Below are positions 30,420 through 39,621 of a stretch of 64,000 bases of DNA, one piece after another; the first letter of the stretch is position 1; each line of letters begins with the position of its first letter. The notes beneath the pieces are model-generated. The model worked only from the letters and a program-made list of their open reading frames with translations, did no database searches and was not told the origin of the DNA. Source of the DNA: Phycisphaerae bacterium (GTDB lineage: Bacteria > Planctomycetota > Phycisphaerae > UBA1845 > Fen-1342); assembly GCA_050115495.1 (NCBI GenBank), contig JASFQK010000002.1, forward strand, positions 64,001-128,000, written 5' to 3'. The position numbers and the translations under genes are program-made.

Positions 30420-30577
30420 GACGACACCCGTGCGATGGGGTTTGCGGGCAAGGTTAGGTGCGGGCGGCCGCCAGCGTCAAGCCGCCGTTGGACACGGACG
30501 GTAGCCGACGGTAGATTAGCTGACAGGTGTGAGCCCTCAGGTCCGCACCTGAGGGGCGTCACGTCGGGACGCGTTGC

Positions 30578-31342
30578 ATGTGGGGAATGCGCATGGGGAT
30601 CAGTAATCGAAAGGCGGCCGCGGCGGCTGCGCTCGGCGCTACCGGTCTGCTCGTGGCGATCGCGACGTTGGCCCTGGCCGGGGACGAGGGCGCGCCGGCA
30701 CGGGTGGATTGCGGCGGTCTGCCGCAGGGCGAAGTCATTCGCGTGGTCAGCGGCGATATGGTTATCGTGCGCGACGGTGGCGAGGCCCGGCGACTGCGGC
30801 TCGTCGGTGTCCGTGTCCCCTCGCTGGCCGAACCGGCGGGACGGCAGGCCCAGCGCTTCCTCGCGGACCTCATCGCCGGCGAGCAGGTCTACATCGAGTA
30901 TCCGTCCGGCCAGCCCGAACGCGACAAGTCGCTGTGCTACCCGGCGTACCTCTACCGGGCGCCGGAAGGGCTGCTGATCAACCTGGAACTGGTCCGCGAC
31001 GGCTATGCCGACGTGGCCGACGGCGAGTTCGTCCAGCGGCCGTTGTTTGAGCGCTACGCCGGGCGAGCCCGGGAGTCCCGCCGGGGGCGCTGGGCCGCGC
31101 CCGTCGATGTCGTGACGGATTCACAGCCAGCCGCGGGTCGAGGTGAGGCTGCAGGCGAAGCGGGTGAGCAGGCTGCCGGCGGAACCGCTGACGGCGATGA
31201 GATCGTCTACGTAACGCCGAGCGGGAAGAAGTACCACCGGGCGGACTGCTACCACGTGCGGAACAAGGGCACGCCGATGACGTTGCGGGAGGCGAAGGCC
31301 CGCGGTTACGAGCCCTGTTCGCACTGCAAACCACCGCAGTAG
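30578..31342 (+). CDS. Exported thermonuclease (SNase)-fold protein with a C-terminal Ada-like metal-binding domain
   Basis: VIRVVSGD..., RLVGV and INLELVRDGYA; C-terminal YVTPSGKKYH..C...GYEPCSHCKP; start uncertain. Confidence 0.75.
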   Translation: MWGMRMGISNRKAAAAAALGATGLLVAIATLALAGDEGAPARVDCGGLPQGEVIRVVSGDMVIVRDGGEARRLRLVGVRVPSLAEPAGRQAQRFLADLIAGEQVYIEYPSGQPERDKSLCYPAYLYRAPEGLLINLELVRDGYADVADGEFVQRPLFERYAGRARESRRGRWAAPVDVVTDSQPAAGRGEAAGEAGEQAAGGTADGDEIVYVTPSGKKYHRADCYHVRNKGTPMTLREAKARGYEPCSHCKPPQ

Positions 31343-31355
31343 GCCGCGGCGGGGA

Positions 31356-32150
31356 TCAGGGTTCGGCCGGCTTGTCTTCGCGCGGCTGGCGCTTCTGGGC
31401 GAACAGCCACTTCCACAACTCCGCGTCGTCGTAGGCCTGGTCCCAGACGTTGTGGCCGCCGGCGGGATACTCGGTGTACTGGATGTTCCCGCCTTCTTTG
31501 CGAATGGCCGCTACGAATCGGCGGGATTGCTCGACCGGAACGTGCGTGTCCGCCGCACCGTGGAAACACCAGATGGGGATGTCCTTCAGGTGCGGGGCGA
31601 GCTTCTCCGGCAGGCCGGTGTCCTGGCCGAGCTCCGCGAAGCCGCACACGGGCACCAGAGCGGCGAAATTGGCGCCGTACCGGGCACCGAGCAGCCACGT
31701 CCCATGCCCGCCGAGCGAGAGGCCCGTCAGGTAGACGCGATCCGGGTCGAGGCGATATTCCCGAGATGTGATTTCCACACAGTGCAAAGCGAGTGCGGCC
31801 ATCTGATCCGTCCAGGCGGCGCCCGCCCGGCACTGGGGCATCACCACGATCGCCGGGAAGTAGTCACGATGCCGGCGGATGGCCCGGCCGATGCCGACGT
31901 CGGTCTGGAGGAAGCCGTCCTTGCCGCGTTCGCCGGAGCCGTGGAGGGCGAGAATAACGGGCCAGGAACGCTCGGGCGTGTATTCCGGGGGGACATAGAC
32001 ACAGTAGGTATAGGTCTGCTCGTCGAGCGTCGTCTCCTTGAACAGGAAGCCGGTGGCCGTGGTGGTGGCCGGCTGGGTGGTGGCGGGCGGGTTGGCGGTG
32101 AGGATCAGGGCGGGCATGACGATCATCCAGGACAGGTTCGGCATCATCAA
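31356..32150 (-). CDS. Alpha/beta hydrolase (esterase/peptidase S9-like)
   Basis: LHGSGERG, GLSLGG nucleophile elbow, FHGAAD and GHNVW. Confidence 0.85.
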   Translation of the reverse strand: MMMPNLSWMIVMPALILTANPPATTQPATTTATGFLFKETTLDEQTYTYCVYVPPEYTPERSWPVILALHGSGERGKDGFLQTDVGIGRAIRRHRDYFPAIVVMPQCRAGAAWTDQMAALALHCVEITSREYRLDPDRVYLTGLSLGGHGTWLLGARYGANFAALVPVCGFAELGQDTGLPEKLAPHLKDIPIWCFHGAADTHVPVEQSRRFVAAIRKEGGNIQYTEYPAGGHNVWDQAYDDAELWKWLFAQKRQPREDKPAEP

Positions 32151-32215
32151 GTCTCCAGCGTGACAACCGCCGTATGCTACCGTCTCACAGCCCGCTTGGC
32201 GCGGCGGGGGCCATC

Positions 32216-32244
32216 TTGCCGGGGCGGGGCGCTTCGCATAGACT
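32216..32244 (+). promoter_or_regulatory. Putative sigma70 promoter of tdh-kbl
   Basis: TTGCCG-N17-TAGACT. Confidence 0.55.
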
Positions 32245-32394
32245 CTCTGCTTCGGCGACCGCCACGAAGGAAGCGCTGACGGCGCGGGGACGGTGACGTA
32301 CCCCGGGGATTACGGGATCGGTTGGGGGAGCGGTGCCGAATCCTCATCGCGGGCGCGACGCGGCGGTGTGGTGCGACGCACAGGAGAATTGTTC

Positions 32395-33504
32395 ATGGCG
32401 ACCATGAAGGCTGTGGTCAAGACGAAACCGGAGTTGGGCGCAGAGATGCAGGACAAGCCCATTCCGGAGCTGAAGTCGGACTGGGTGTTGGTGAAGGTGC
32501 GGGCGACGAGCATCTGCGGTACGGACGTCCACATCTACAAGTGGGATCCGTGGTCCGCAGGTCGCATCGGCGCGAAGGCTTTGCCGCAGATCCTCGGGCA
32601 CGAGGTGGCCGGCGAGGTCGTCGAAGTCGGCCAGCACTGCAAGCGGATCAAGGTCGGTGACTACATCTCGGCCGAGACGCACATTTACGATCCCGGCGAC
32701 CTGACCAGCATGCTGGGCTCGTTCCACGTCGGCGCGCACATGAAGATCCTCGGCGTCGATTACGACGGCTGCTTTGCCGAGTACTTCGCGCTGCCCGAGT
32801 CGATCTGCTGGCCGAACGACCCCTCGATTCCGCCGGAGATCGCCAGCATTCAGGAGCCGCTGGGCAACGCCTGCTACGCGGTGCTCGGTGAGGATGCCGA
32901 CGTGGCCGGCAAGACCATGGTGATCACGGGCGACGGCCCGATCAGCCTGTTCGCCATCGGCGTGGCCCGAGCGACCGGCGTGGCCCGGATCTTCCACTTC
33001 GGCAAGTACGACGTGAACATGGCCATCGGCAAGAAGATGGGCGCCGATTTCCAGCAGTACACGAACAAGACGACCGCCCAGGAGCGGTTGCAGTTCGTGA
33101 TGGACCACACCGGCGGCAACGGTGTGGACATCGCCCTGGAGATGGTCGGCTCGCAGGACTCGATCAACGACTGCTTCGCCATGGTGCGCAAGGCGGGGCG
33201 CGTGACGGCCTTCGGTATCGCCGCCGAGTCGCCGCTGCCGGTGGACTACAACAACGGCATCGTCTTCAAGGGCTGCCAGATCCACGGCATCAACGGGCGG
33301 AAGATCTTCGACACCTGGTACCGCAACCGGAACCTGCTGGCCAACGGCCGGCTCGATCCGACGCCGGTGATCACGGACCTCTTCCCCCTCGGCGAGTTCG
33401 AGGCTGCGTTCGGCAAGATGATCGAGCGGCCCCGGAACAGCGCCAAGGTCGTGCTGTTCCCGGATGACAAGGAATACCAGGCGGCATTGAAGCGGCGTAA
33501 GTAA
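32395..33504 (+). CDS. tdh: L-threonine 3-dehydrogenase (MDR family)
   Basis: SICGTDVHIYKWD, LGHEVAGEV, IQEPLGNA and GINGRKIFDTWY; adjacent to kbl; AGGAG SD. Confidence 0.88.
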   Translation: MATMKAVVKTKPELGAEMQDKPIPELKSDWVLVKVRATSICGTDVHIYKWDPWSAGRIGAKALPQILGHEVAGEVVEVGQHCKRIKVGDYISAETHIYDPGDLTSMLGSFHVGAHMKILGVDYDGCFAEYFALPESICWPNDPSIPPEIASIQEPLGNACYAVLGEDADVAGKTMVITGDGPISLFAIGVARATGVARIFHFGKYDVNMAIGKKMGADFQQYTNKTTAQERLQFVMDHTGGNGVDIALEMVGSQDSINDCFAMVRKAGRVTAFGIAAESPLPVDYNNGIVFKGCQIHGINGRKIFDTWYRNRNLLANGRLDPTPVITDLFPLGEFEAAFGKMIERPRNSAKVVLFPDDKEYQAALKRRK

Positions 33505-33599
33505 CGGCCAGAACCCGGCGAAACCGGGCGGCGGTGTCAGGAACGGTTTCCCACGCGTGCACGTGCGGGACAAATAGCGAGTAAGAGCGGAGCGACCCT

Positions 33600-34841
33600 A
33601 TGTTTGGCAAGATGAAAGAGGACCTGCAGAAGGAACTGGCCGCCGTTCGCGAGGCCGGGTTGTACAAGGAAGAGCGCTTCATCCTGGGACCGCAGTCTGC
33701 GGACATCCAGGTCGAGTATCCGGCGGGCGCGCCGAAGAAAGGCGTCATCAACTTCTGCGCCAACAACTACCTCGGCCTCTCCTCGCACCCGCGCGTGATC
33801 GAGGCCGCCCACGAAGCCCTGAAGACGCACGGCTACGGCATGAGCAGCGTCCGCTTCATCTGCGGCACGCAGGACATCCACCGCGAGCTCGAAGCCAAGA
33901 TCGCCAAGTTCTTCAAGACCGAAGACACGATCCTGTACTGCGCCTGCTTCGACGCCAACGGCGGCGTGTTCGAGCCGCTCTTCGGTAAGGAAGACGCGAT
34001 CATCACCGACGCGCTCAACCACGCGTCGATCATCGATGGCATCCGCCTCTGCAAGGCCAGCCGCTACATCTACAAGAACAACGACATGGCCGACCTCGAG
34101 TCCAAGCTCCAGGAGGCCAAGGACGCCCGCTATCGCGTCGTCGCCACCGACGGCGCTTTCTCCATGGACGGCACCGTCGCCCAGCTCGACAAGATCTGCG
34201 ACCTGGCCGACAAGTACGACGCCCTCGTCATGGTCGACGACTGCCACTGCACCGGCTTCATGGGCAAGACCGGCCGCGGCTCGACCGAGTACTGCAACGT
34301 CATGGGCCGCGTCGACATCGTCACCGGCACGCTGGGCAAGGCCCTCGGCGGCGCTTCCGGCGGTTTCACCACCGGCCGCAAGGAGATCGTCGAGCTGCTC
34401 CGGCAGCGCAGCCGCCCCTACCTGTTCAGCAACACGGTCTCGCCGATCGTCGTCAAGGCGTCGATCACCGTCTTCGACATGATCACCGAGTCCACCGCCC
34501 TGCGCGACAAGGTCATGGCCAACACCACGCGCTTCCGCGAGGGCATGACCAAGGCCGGCTTCGACATCAAGCCCGGCGAGCACCCGATCGTTCCGATCAT
34601 GCTCTACAACGCCAAGCTGAGCCAGGACGTCGCCCGCGACATGTACGCCGAAGGCGTGTTCGTGATCGGCTTCTTCTACCCGGTGGTCGGCAAGGGCCTG
34701 GCCCGCATCCGTTGCCAGATGTCCGCCGCCCACGACTTCAGCCACATTGACAAGGCCATCGCGGCCTTCACCAAGGTCGGCAAGAAGTACGACATCCTTG
34801 GCAAGACCAAGGAGCAGATCATCGCCAAGTACGGCGAGTAA
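33600..34841 (+). CDS. kbl: Glycine C-acetyltransferase (2-amino-3-ketobutyrate CoA ligase)
   Basis: [37 protein letters not shown] and [11 protein letters not shown]. Confidence 0.96.
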   Translation: MFGKMKEDLQKELAAVREAGLYKEERFILGPQSADIQVEYPAGAPKKGVINFCANNYLGLSSHPRVIEAAHEALKTHGYGMSSVRFICGTQDIHRELEAKIAKFFKTEDTILYCACFDANGGVFEPLFGKEDAIITDALNHASIIDGIRLCKASRYIYKNNDMADLESKLQEAKDARYRVVATDGAFSMDGTVAQLDKICDLADKYDALVMVDDCHCTGFMGKTGRGSTEYCNVMGRVDIVTGTLGKALGGASGGFTTGRKEIVELLRQRSRPYLFSNTVSPIVVKASITVFDMITESTALRDKVMANTTRFREGMTKAGFDIKPGEHPIVPIMLYNAKLSQDVARDMYAEGVFVIGFFYPVVGKGLARIRCQMSAAHDFSHIDKAIAAFTKVGKKYDILGKTKEQIIAKYGE

Positions 34842-34889
34842 TTCCGCCGGACTTCGCCGGGCTCGATCCGGCGAGAGCGCGAGATGATA

Positions 34890-34923
34890 CGAAAGCGCCG
34901 GGCCCTCGGGTCCGGCGTTTTCG
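34890..34923 (+). terminator. Rho-independent terminator after kbl
   Basis: cgaaagCGCCGGGCCC-tc-GGGTCCGGCGttttcg hairpin followed by a T run. Confidence 0.6.
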
Positions 34924-35082
34924 CTTGGTCCGCGGGCAGGGGATGTTCGCAAAGCCCCAATTCCGGCGGGGCTATGGCGAAATCGCGATTTGCGTCATAC
35001 TCATGATGTGTGGCGCGGATGTCCTCGCCGCGGGCAACAACGTCGCGCTGCGTCAGAGGAATCGTGCATGAAGGGGACGCAT

Positions 35083-35715
35083 ATGAATCGCTGTCGGCAC
35101 TCGATCATCATGGTTGTTGCGCTCCTGGTGTTGGCGGTCGTTGGCTGCCGGACGCCAGAACGCCCGGCTGCTTCGGACGCGACACCGGCCGCCGAACCCG
35201 TCGCCGTGGCCGACAACGAGGAACTCCAGGCCATGTTCGAGGCCGACCAGGGAGAGCGCATGACGGAGGACGGCAAGATTAACTGGGCCGTCGTCGCGAA
35301 GAACGACAAGGAGCGACAGGCTCGCGTGCTCGAACTCGAATCAGCCGGGCTGATCCGCACCGGCAACGACTATTTCCACGCCGCGATGATCTTCCAGCAT
35401 GGCAGCACGCCGGAGGATTACGAGCGAGCGCACCAGTATGCGAAGAAGGGCGTCGAGCTGGGCAGCTCACATCCCGTGGCGAAGTGGCTGATCGCCGCCA
35501 CGTGGGATCGCTGGCAGATGTCGCGCAAGCTGCCGCAGTGGTACGGGACGCAGTACATACGAAGATCGCTGGACGGTCCGCTGGAGCTGTACACGATCGA
35601 CGAAACCGCTGTCACGGACGATGATCGCCGTGCCCTCGGTGTGCCGACGCTGGCGGAGGCGAAGCAGCGGCTGGTGGAGATGAACGGGGAGCGGCAGGAA
35701 TCGACGTCGCCGTGA
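35083..35715 (+). CDS. Putative lipoprotein of unknown function
   Basis: Lipobox VVGC; DQ.ER, AAMIFQHG, DRW...PQWYGTQY and DRRALGVPTL; start 35068 or 35083. Confidence 0.7.
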   Translation: MNRCRHSIIMVVALLVLAVVGCRTPERPAASDATPAAEPVAVADNEELQAMFEADQGERMTEDGKINWAVVAKNDKERQARVLELESAGLIRTGNDYFHAAMIFQHGSTPEDYERAHQYAKKGVELGSSHPVAKWLIAATWDRWQMSRKLPQWYGTQYIRRSLDGPLELYTIDETAVTDDDRRALGVPTLAEAKQRLVEMNGERQESTSP

Positions 35716-35775
35716 TCTTCGTGTAGATCTGCAACGGCGCGACTGGTGGTCCCCCATGCGGCCTTCGAGCCAGAC

Positions 35776-36609
35776 TCAGGCCTGCGTGTCGTCGTTGCCC
35801 TCGGCCTCGGTCGTCTCGTCCGTCGCCGACTCGTCCTGCTCTTCGTCCTCTTCCTCGTCTTCCCGTTGGGCGGCGAGGATGGGGTTCTCGAAACCCTTCT
35901 TCTCACAGATCAGTTCGGCGATTTCGCTGAAGCAGGCGATTTTCTGGTTGTCGATGCGCAGGCGCGTTTCGTTGCCGCCGGAAGTCCGATAATGCAGGTC
36001 CACCCAACCTTTCGGGTTGTAGTCGCGCAGGGAGACCATGTTCTCGAAGGGGATCCGCCGGCTCCCGTACGTCATCCCGTCATCATCGATCACCGCCCGG
36101 AGCGTGAAAGCCCGATAGGCACGGAGCACGAAGTACAGGGCGATCACACCAACGATGATCGCCATGTAGAGCTGCATTTTGATATCGCCCGGGCTGTGTG
36201 CCCACGACTGCCAGGTCGTGCGGGCGATGTCTGGTCGGCCGTCGCCGTGGAGCGGCACGGTGACCATGCCCCAGGCGCTGGCATAGCGCGCTGCGTCTAT
36301 GGGGCCAATGTCGTCCGCCTTGGGAGGCAGCGGCTTGCCGAACTCCCTCTCCAGCATTGCGCGGTCAGGTTTGGCGGCCCGCACGCGTTTGAAGTCCTCC
36401 TCGGTTGGACGCTCGGGGAGGTTGGTGATCAGGTCGTCGGCGACGCGGGTCCACCGGGCGAGTTCCGTCGCCGCCGCGGCTCGGTTTTCCGCCGGATAGC
36501 GATAGGCCCAATCGTAGACACACCAGCCGGCGAAACCCATGAAGGCAATCGTAACCACCAGCCAGTAGTACCGATCGGTCTTGGCCGGGCCGCTTTCTAG
36601 CAGAACCAT
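35776..36609 (-). CDS. Two-TM membrane protein with an acidic tail
   Basis: Two hydrophobic helices, a beta-rich C-terminal domain and an E/D-rich tail. Confidence 0.65.
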   Translation of the reverse strand: MVLLESGPAKTDRYYWLVVTIAFMGFAGWCVYDWAYRYPAENRAAAATELARWTRVADDLITNLPERPTEEDFKRVRAAKPDRAMLEREFGKPLPPKADDIGPIDAARYASAWGMVTVPLHGDGRPDIARTTWQSWAHSPGDIKMQLYMAIIVGVIALYFVLRAYRAFTLRAVIDDDGMTYGSRRIPFENMVSLRDYNPKGWVDLHYRTSGGNETRLRIDNQKIACFSEIAELICEKKGFENPILAAQREDEEEDEEQDESATDETTEAEGNDDTQA

Positions 36610-36811
36610 GTTCAGGATTCCCGTTTACGCGTGACCAAGCGGTAGGGCGCCAGCCGATGATCGTCAGCCGGCGGACGAGTTCGCGAAATACACTTGCCCC
36701 TTATGCTGTTGGTATTATGCCGTGGGTGTTGCCGGCTGTCTGCCACGCAGGTTGCAAAAAACCGTCGGCGGGCGGTACGCTACCTCGTTCTGAGCCGACA
36801 GGAGACACGCC

Positions 36812-38428
36812 GTGCCCAAACCCATGAAACACCGGCCCTGCCTGTTGCTGATCCGGGACGGCTGGGGCGATAACCCGGATCCCTCCTGGGACCATGCCAA
36901 CGCCGTCAAGGTCGCCAAACCGCCGGTCGATGCCCGATTGCGGTCCGAGTGGCCGGCGACGCTGATCGCCACCAGCGGGCTGGACGTCGGTCTGCCCGAA
37001 GGCACGATGGGCAACAGCGAGGTCGGGCACCAGAACATGGGGGCCGGGCGGATTGTCGACCAGGAGTCCGTGCGGATCTCGAAGGAGATCCAGCAGGGCG
37101 GGTTCTTCCGCAATCCCGAGCTCGTCGCCGCCGTCGAACGCTGCCTGGCCCGCAAGTCCAAGCTGCACCTGATGGGCCTGGCCAGTGATATCGGCGTGCA
37201 CTCGCGGCTGGAGCACCTGTACGCCTGCGCCAAGCTCGCCGCCCAGCGCGGCCTGCGCGACGTGTTCGTGCATTGCTTCACGGACGGTCGCGACTCGCCG
37301 CCCAACAGCGGTGTCGACTATGTCCAGCAGATTGAGGCCCGTCTGCGCGAGATCGGTGCCGGCCGCATCGCCTCCGTTTGCGGGCGCTTCTACGCCATGG
37401 ATCGCGACAACCGCTGGGACCGCGTCGAGCAGGCCTACCGCATGCTTACTCGCGGTCATGGCGAAGCCGCCCCCAGCGCCGTCGAGGCCCTCCGCCGCTA
37501 CTACGCCAAACCCACCTCGCCCAACATGCAGGGCGACGAGTTCGTCGCGCCCACCGTTATCAGCGAGGACGGCCGGCAGCCGATGGCCACCGTCACCAGC
37601 GGCGACGCCGTCATCTTCTTCAACTTCCGCGGCGACCGCCCGCGCGAGCTGACCCGGGCCTTCACGTTCGACACGTTCCCCTACACCGCTCGGGACAAGT
37701 CGGGGGAGGACGTGGAGATGGGCTTCGAGCGGCCGGAGAAGCTCGACCTGTTCTACGTCACGATGACCGCCTACGAGAAGAGCCTGCCGGTCAAGGTGGC
37801 TTATCCAAAGCCGCCGCCGATGAAGAACATCGCCGGCGAGTACCTTGGCGGCCTCGGCCTGCGGCAGTTCCGCTGCGCCGAGACCGAGAAGTACGCCCAC
37901 GTGACGTTCTTCTTTAACGATTATCGTGAAGAACCGTTCCCCGGCGAAGAACGCAAACTCGTGGCCTCGCCCAAGGTGCGCACGTACGACGAGCAGCCGG
38001 AGATGTCGGCGTACGAGGTGTGCGAGGGGGCACTCCAGCGCATCGCCAGCCGCGTCGACGACCTGCTCGTGGTGAACTTCGCCAACCCCGACATGATCGG
38101 GCACACCGGCTCGCTCGAGGCGGCGGTGAAGGCCTGCAAGGTCGTGGACGAATGTGTCGGCCGCGTGCTGGCCGCCATCGACGAAGTGGGCGGCGTTGCT
38201 CTCATCACCGCCGACCACGGCAACTTCGAGCTGATGATCGACCCGGAGACGGGTGGCCCACACACGTCGCACACGACGTTCCCCGTGCCGCTCTATCTCT
38301 ACGGGGAGGGGCTCCGCGGCCTCAAGCTGCGCACGGATGGACGCCTGGCCGACGTCATGCCTACCATCCTGACGATGATGGGCCTCGACATCCCGGCGGA
38401 GATGACCGGCCAGCCGCTGATCCTGTAG
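36812..38428 (+). CDS. gpmI: 2,3-bisphosphoglycerate-independent phosphoglycerate mutase
   Basis: MGNSEVGH, DGRD, GRFYAMDRD, AETEKYAHVTFF, NPDMIGHTG and TADHGN. Confidence 0.97.
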   Translation: MPKPMKHRPCLLLIRDGWGDNPDPSWDHANAVKVAKPPVDARLRSEWPATLIATSGLDVGLPEGTMGNSEVGHQNMGAGRIVDQESVRISKEIQQGGFFRNPELVAAVERCLARKSKLHLMGLASDIGVHSRLEHLYACAKLAAQRGLRDVFVHCFTDGRDSPPNSGVDYVQQIEARLREIGAGRIASVCGRFYAMDRDNRWDRVEQAYRMLTRGHGEAAPSAVEALRRYYAKPTSPNMQGDEFVAPTVISEDGRQPMATVTSGDAVIFFNFRGDRPRELTRAFTFDTFPYTARDKSGEDVEMGFERPEKLDLFYVTMTAYEKSLPVKVAYPKPPPMKNIAGEYLGGLGLRQFRCAETEKYAHVTFFFNDYREEPFPGEERKLVASPKVRTYDEQPEMSAYEVCEGALQRIASRVDDLLVVNFANPDMIGHTGSLEAAVKACKVVDECVGRVLAAIDEVGGVALITADHGNFELMIDPETGGPHTSHTTFPVPLYLYGEGLRGLKLRTDGRLADVMPTILTMMGLDIPAEMTGQPLIL

Positions 38429-38442
38429 CGGCCGACCTCCGC

Positions 38443-38504
38443 ACGCACCGGATTGCATCCGGTGCGTCGTTGTCCGTAGCGTCGGCCCCCCGTGGCCGAC
38501 GTCG
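38443..38504 (+). repeat. 11-bp hairpin followed by a GTAG-type REP (family B)
   Basis: ACGCACCGGAT-tgc-ATCCGGTGCGT at 38443-38467, then GTAGCGTCGGCCCCCCGTGGCCGACGTCG at 38476-38504. Confidence 0.75.
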
Positions 38505-38538
38505 ATCCCTTGAAACGCCGGTCCGCCGGAGACCGCCG

Positions 38539-39516
38539 ATGACGACCTCCATCCTCGGCCTCGATATCGGCGGCACGAAGACCGCGGTTGTTCTTGGTGA
38601 TTCGGCGGGGCACATCCACGACCGGACTGAGTTTGCCACCCAGCCCCAAGGCGGCTTCGACGATACCTTCGCCGAATTGTGCGCGTGCGCCGACGACGTT
38701 CGCACCCGGGCAATCGCCGCCGACCGGGCCCCGACGGTGATCTCCGTCTCCATCGGCGGGCCGCTGGCAATCGAACCCGGGATCATTCAAGCTCCGCCGA
38801 ACCTGCCAGGCTGGGACGACATTCCGCTGAAACAACTGCTCGCCGACCGGTTCGGTCTGCTCGTCCATGTCGAGCACGACGGCAACACGGGGGCGCTGGC
38901 GGAGTGGTACTTCGGCGCCGCCCGCGGGGCCCGCAACGTCATCTTCCTGACGATGGGCACCGGTTTCGGCGGCGGGCTCATCCTCAACGGTGACCTCTAC
39001 CGCGGCACGTGCGATCTCGCCGGCGAGGTTGGCCACCTGCGCATCGCCGACGACGGGCCGCTGGCCTTCGGCAAGGCCGGGTCATGGGAGGGGCTTTGCG
39101 GCGGGGCGGGCATCGTGCGGCAGGCGGTTCGGCGGTTTCCACAGCGCTGGCGGGCGGACGAGCTGACCATGCCCGAACTGGCCCGGCTGGCCCGCGCGGG
39201 CGACGCCGACGCCCTGGCCGTGTTCGATGAGACCGGCCGGCACCTGGGCCGCGGTCTGGCGATCCTGCTGGACGTGCTGAATCCCGAGGTGATCGTGATC
39301 GGCTCGCTGGCCTGCCGGCTGGGTGAACTCGTGCTGGGCCCGGCCCGCAACGAACTCCGCCAGGAGGCCCTGCCCGGGGCCGTGGCGGTCTGCCGCCTCG
39401 TGCCGGCGGCGCTGGGCGAGCAGCTCGGGGACGTGGCCGCGCTCTGTGCGGCGATTCGTGCCGGCGGCGGACCGGCCGGTGGCCCTCAGGGACGCCCGGA
39501 GCCCGCCACCCGCTGA
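38539..39516 (+). CDS. ROK family sugar kinase
   Basis: GLDIGGTK, EHDGNTGALAE, GTGFGGG and AGEVGH; no N-terminal HTH. Confidence 0.9.
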   Translation: MTTSILGLDIGGTKTAVVLGDSAGHIHDRTEFATQPQGGFDDTFAELCACADDVRTRAIAADRAPTVISVSIGGPLAIEPGIIQAPPNLPGWDDIPLKQLLADRFGLLVHVEHDGNTGALAEWYFGAARGARNVIFLTMGTGFGGGLILNGDLYRGTCDLAGEVGHLRIADDGPLAFGKAGSWEGLCGGAGIVRQAVRRFPQRWRADELTMPELARLARAGDADALAVFDETGRHLGRGLAILLDVLNPEVIVIGSLACRLGELVLGPARNELRQEALPGAVAVCRLVPAALGEQLGDVAALCAAIRAGGGPAGGPQGRPEPATR

Positions 39517-39621
39517 CCCACCGCGCTTCCCGTGCGGTGAAAGGGGTGTTATAGTACACTGTTTCTGCCGGTGGCCGTCCGGCGGCCCGAATGACGGGCG
39601 GGAGCGGCCCCGGCACGAAGG

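Noticed and set aside
32266..32275. GAAGGAAGC resembling the SRP RNA domain IV motif
   Set aside because: It lacks the CAGG..CC-GNRA-GG..AGCAG symmetric helix and the long SRP hairpin.
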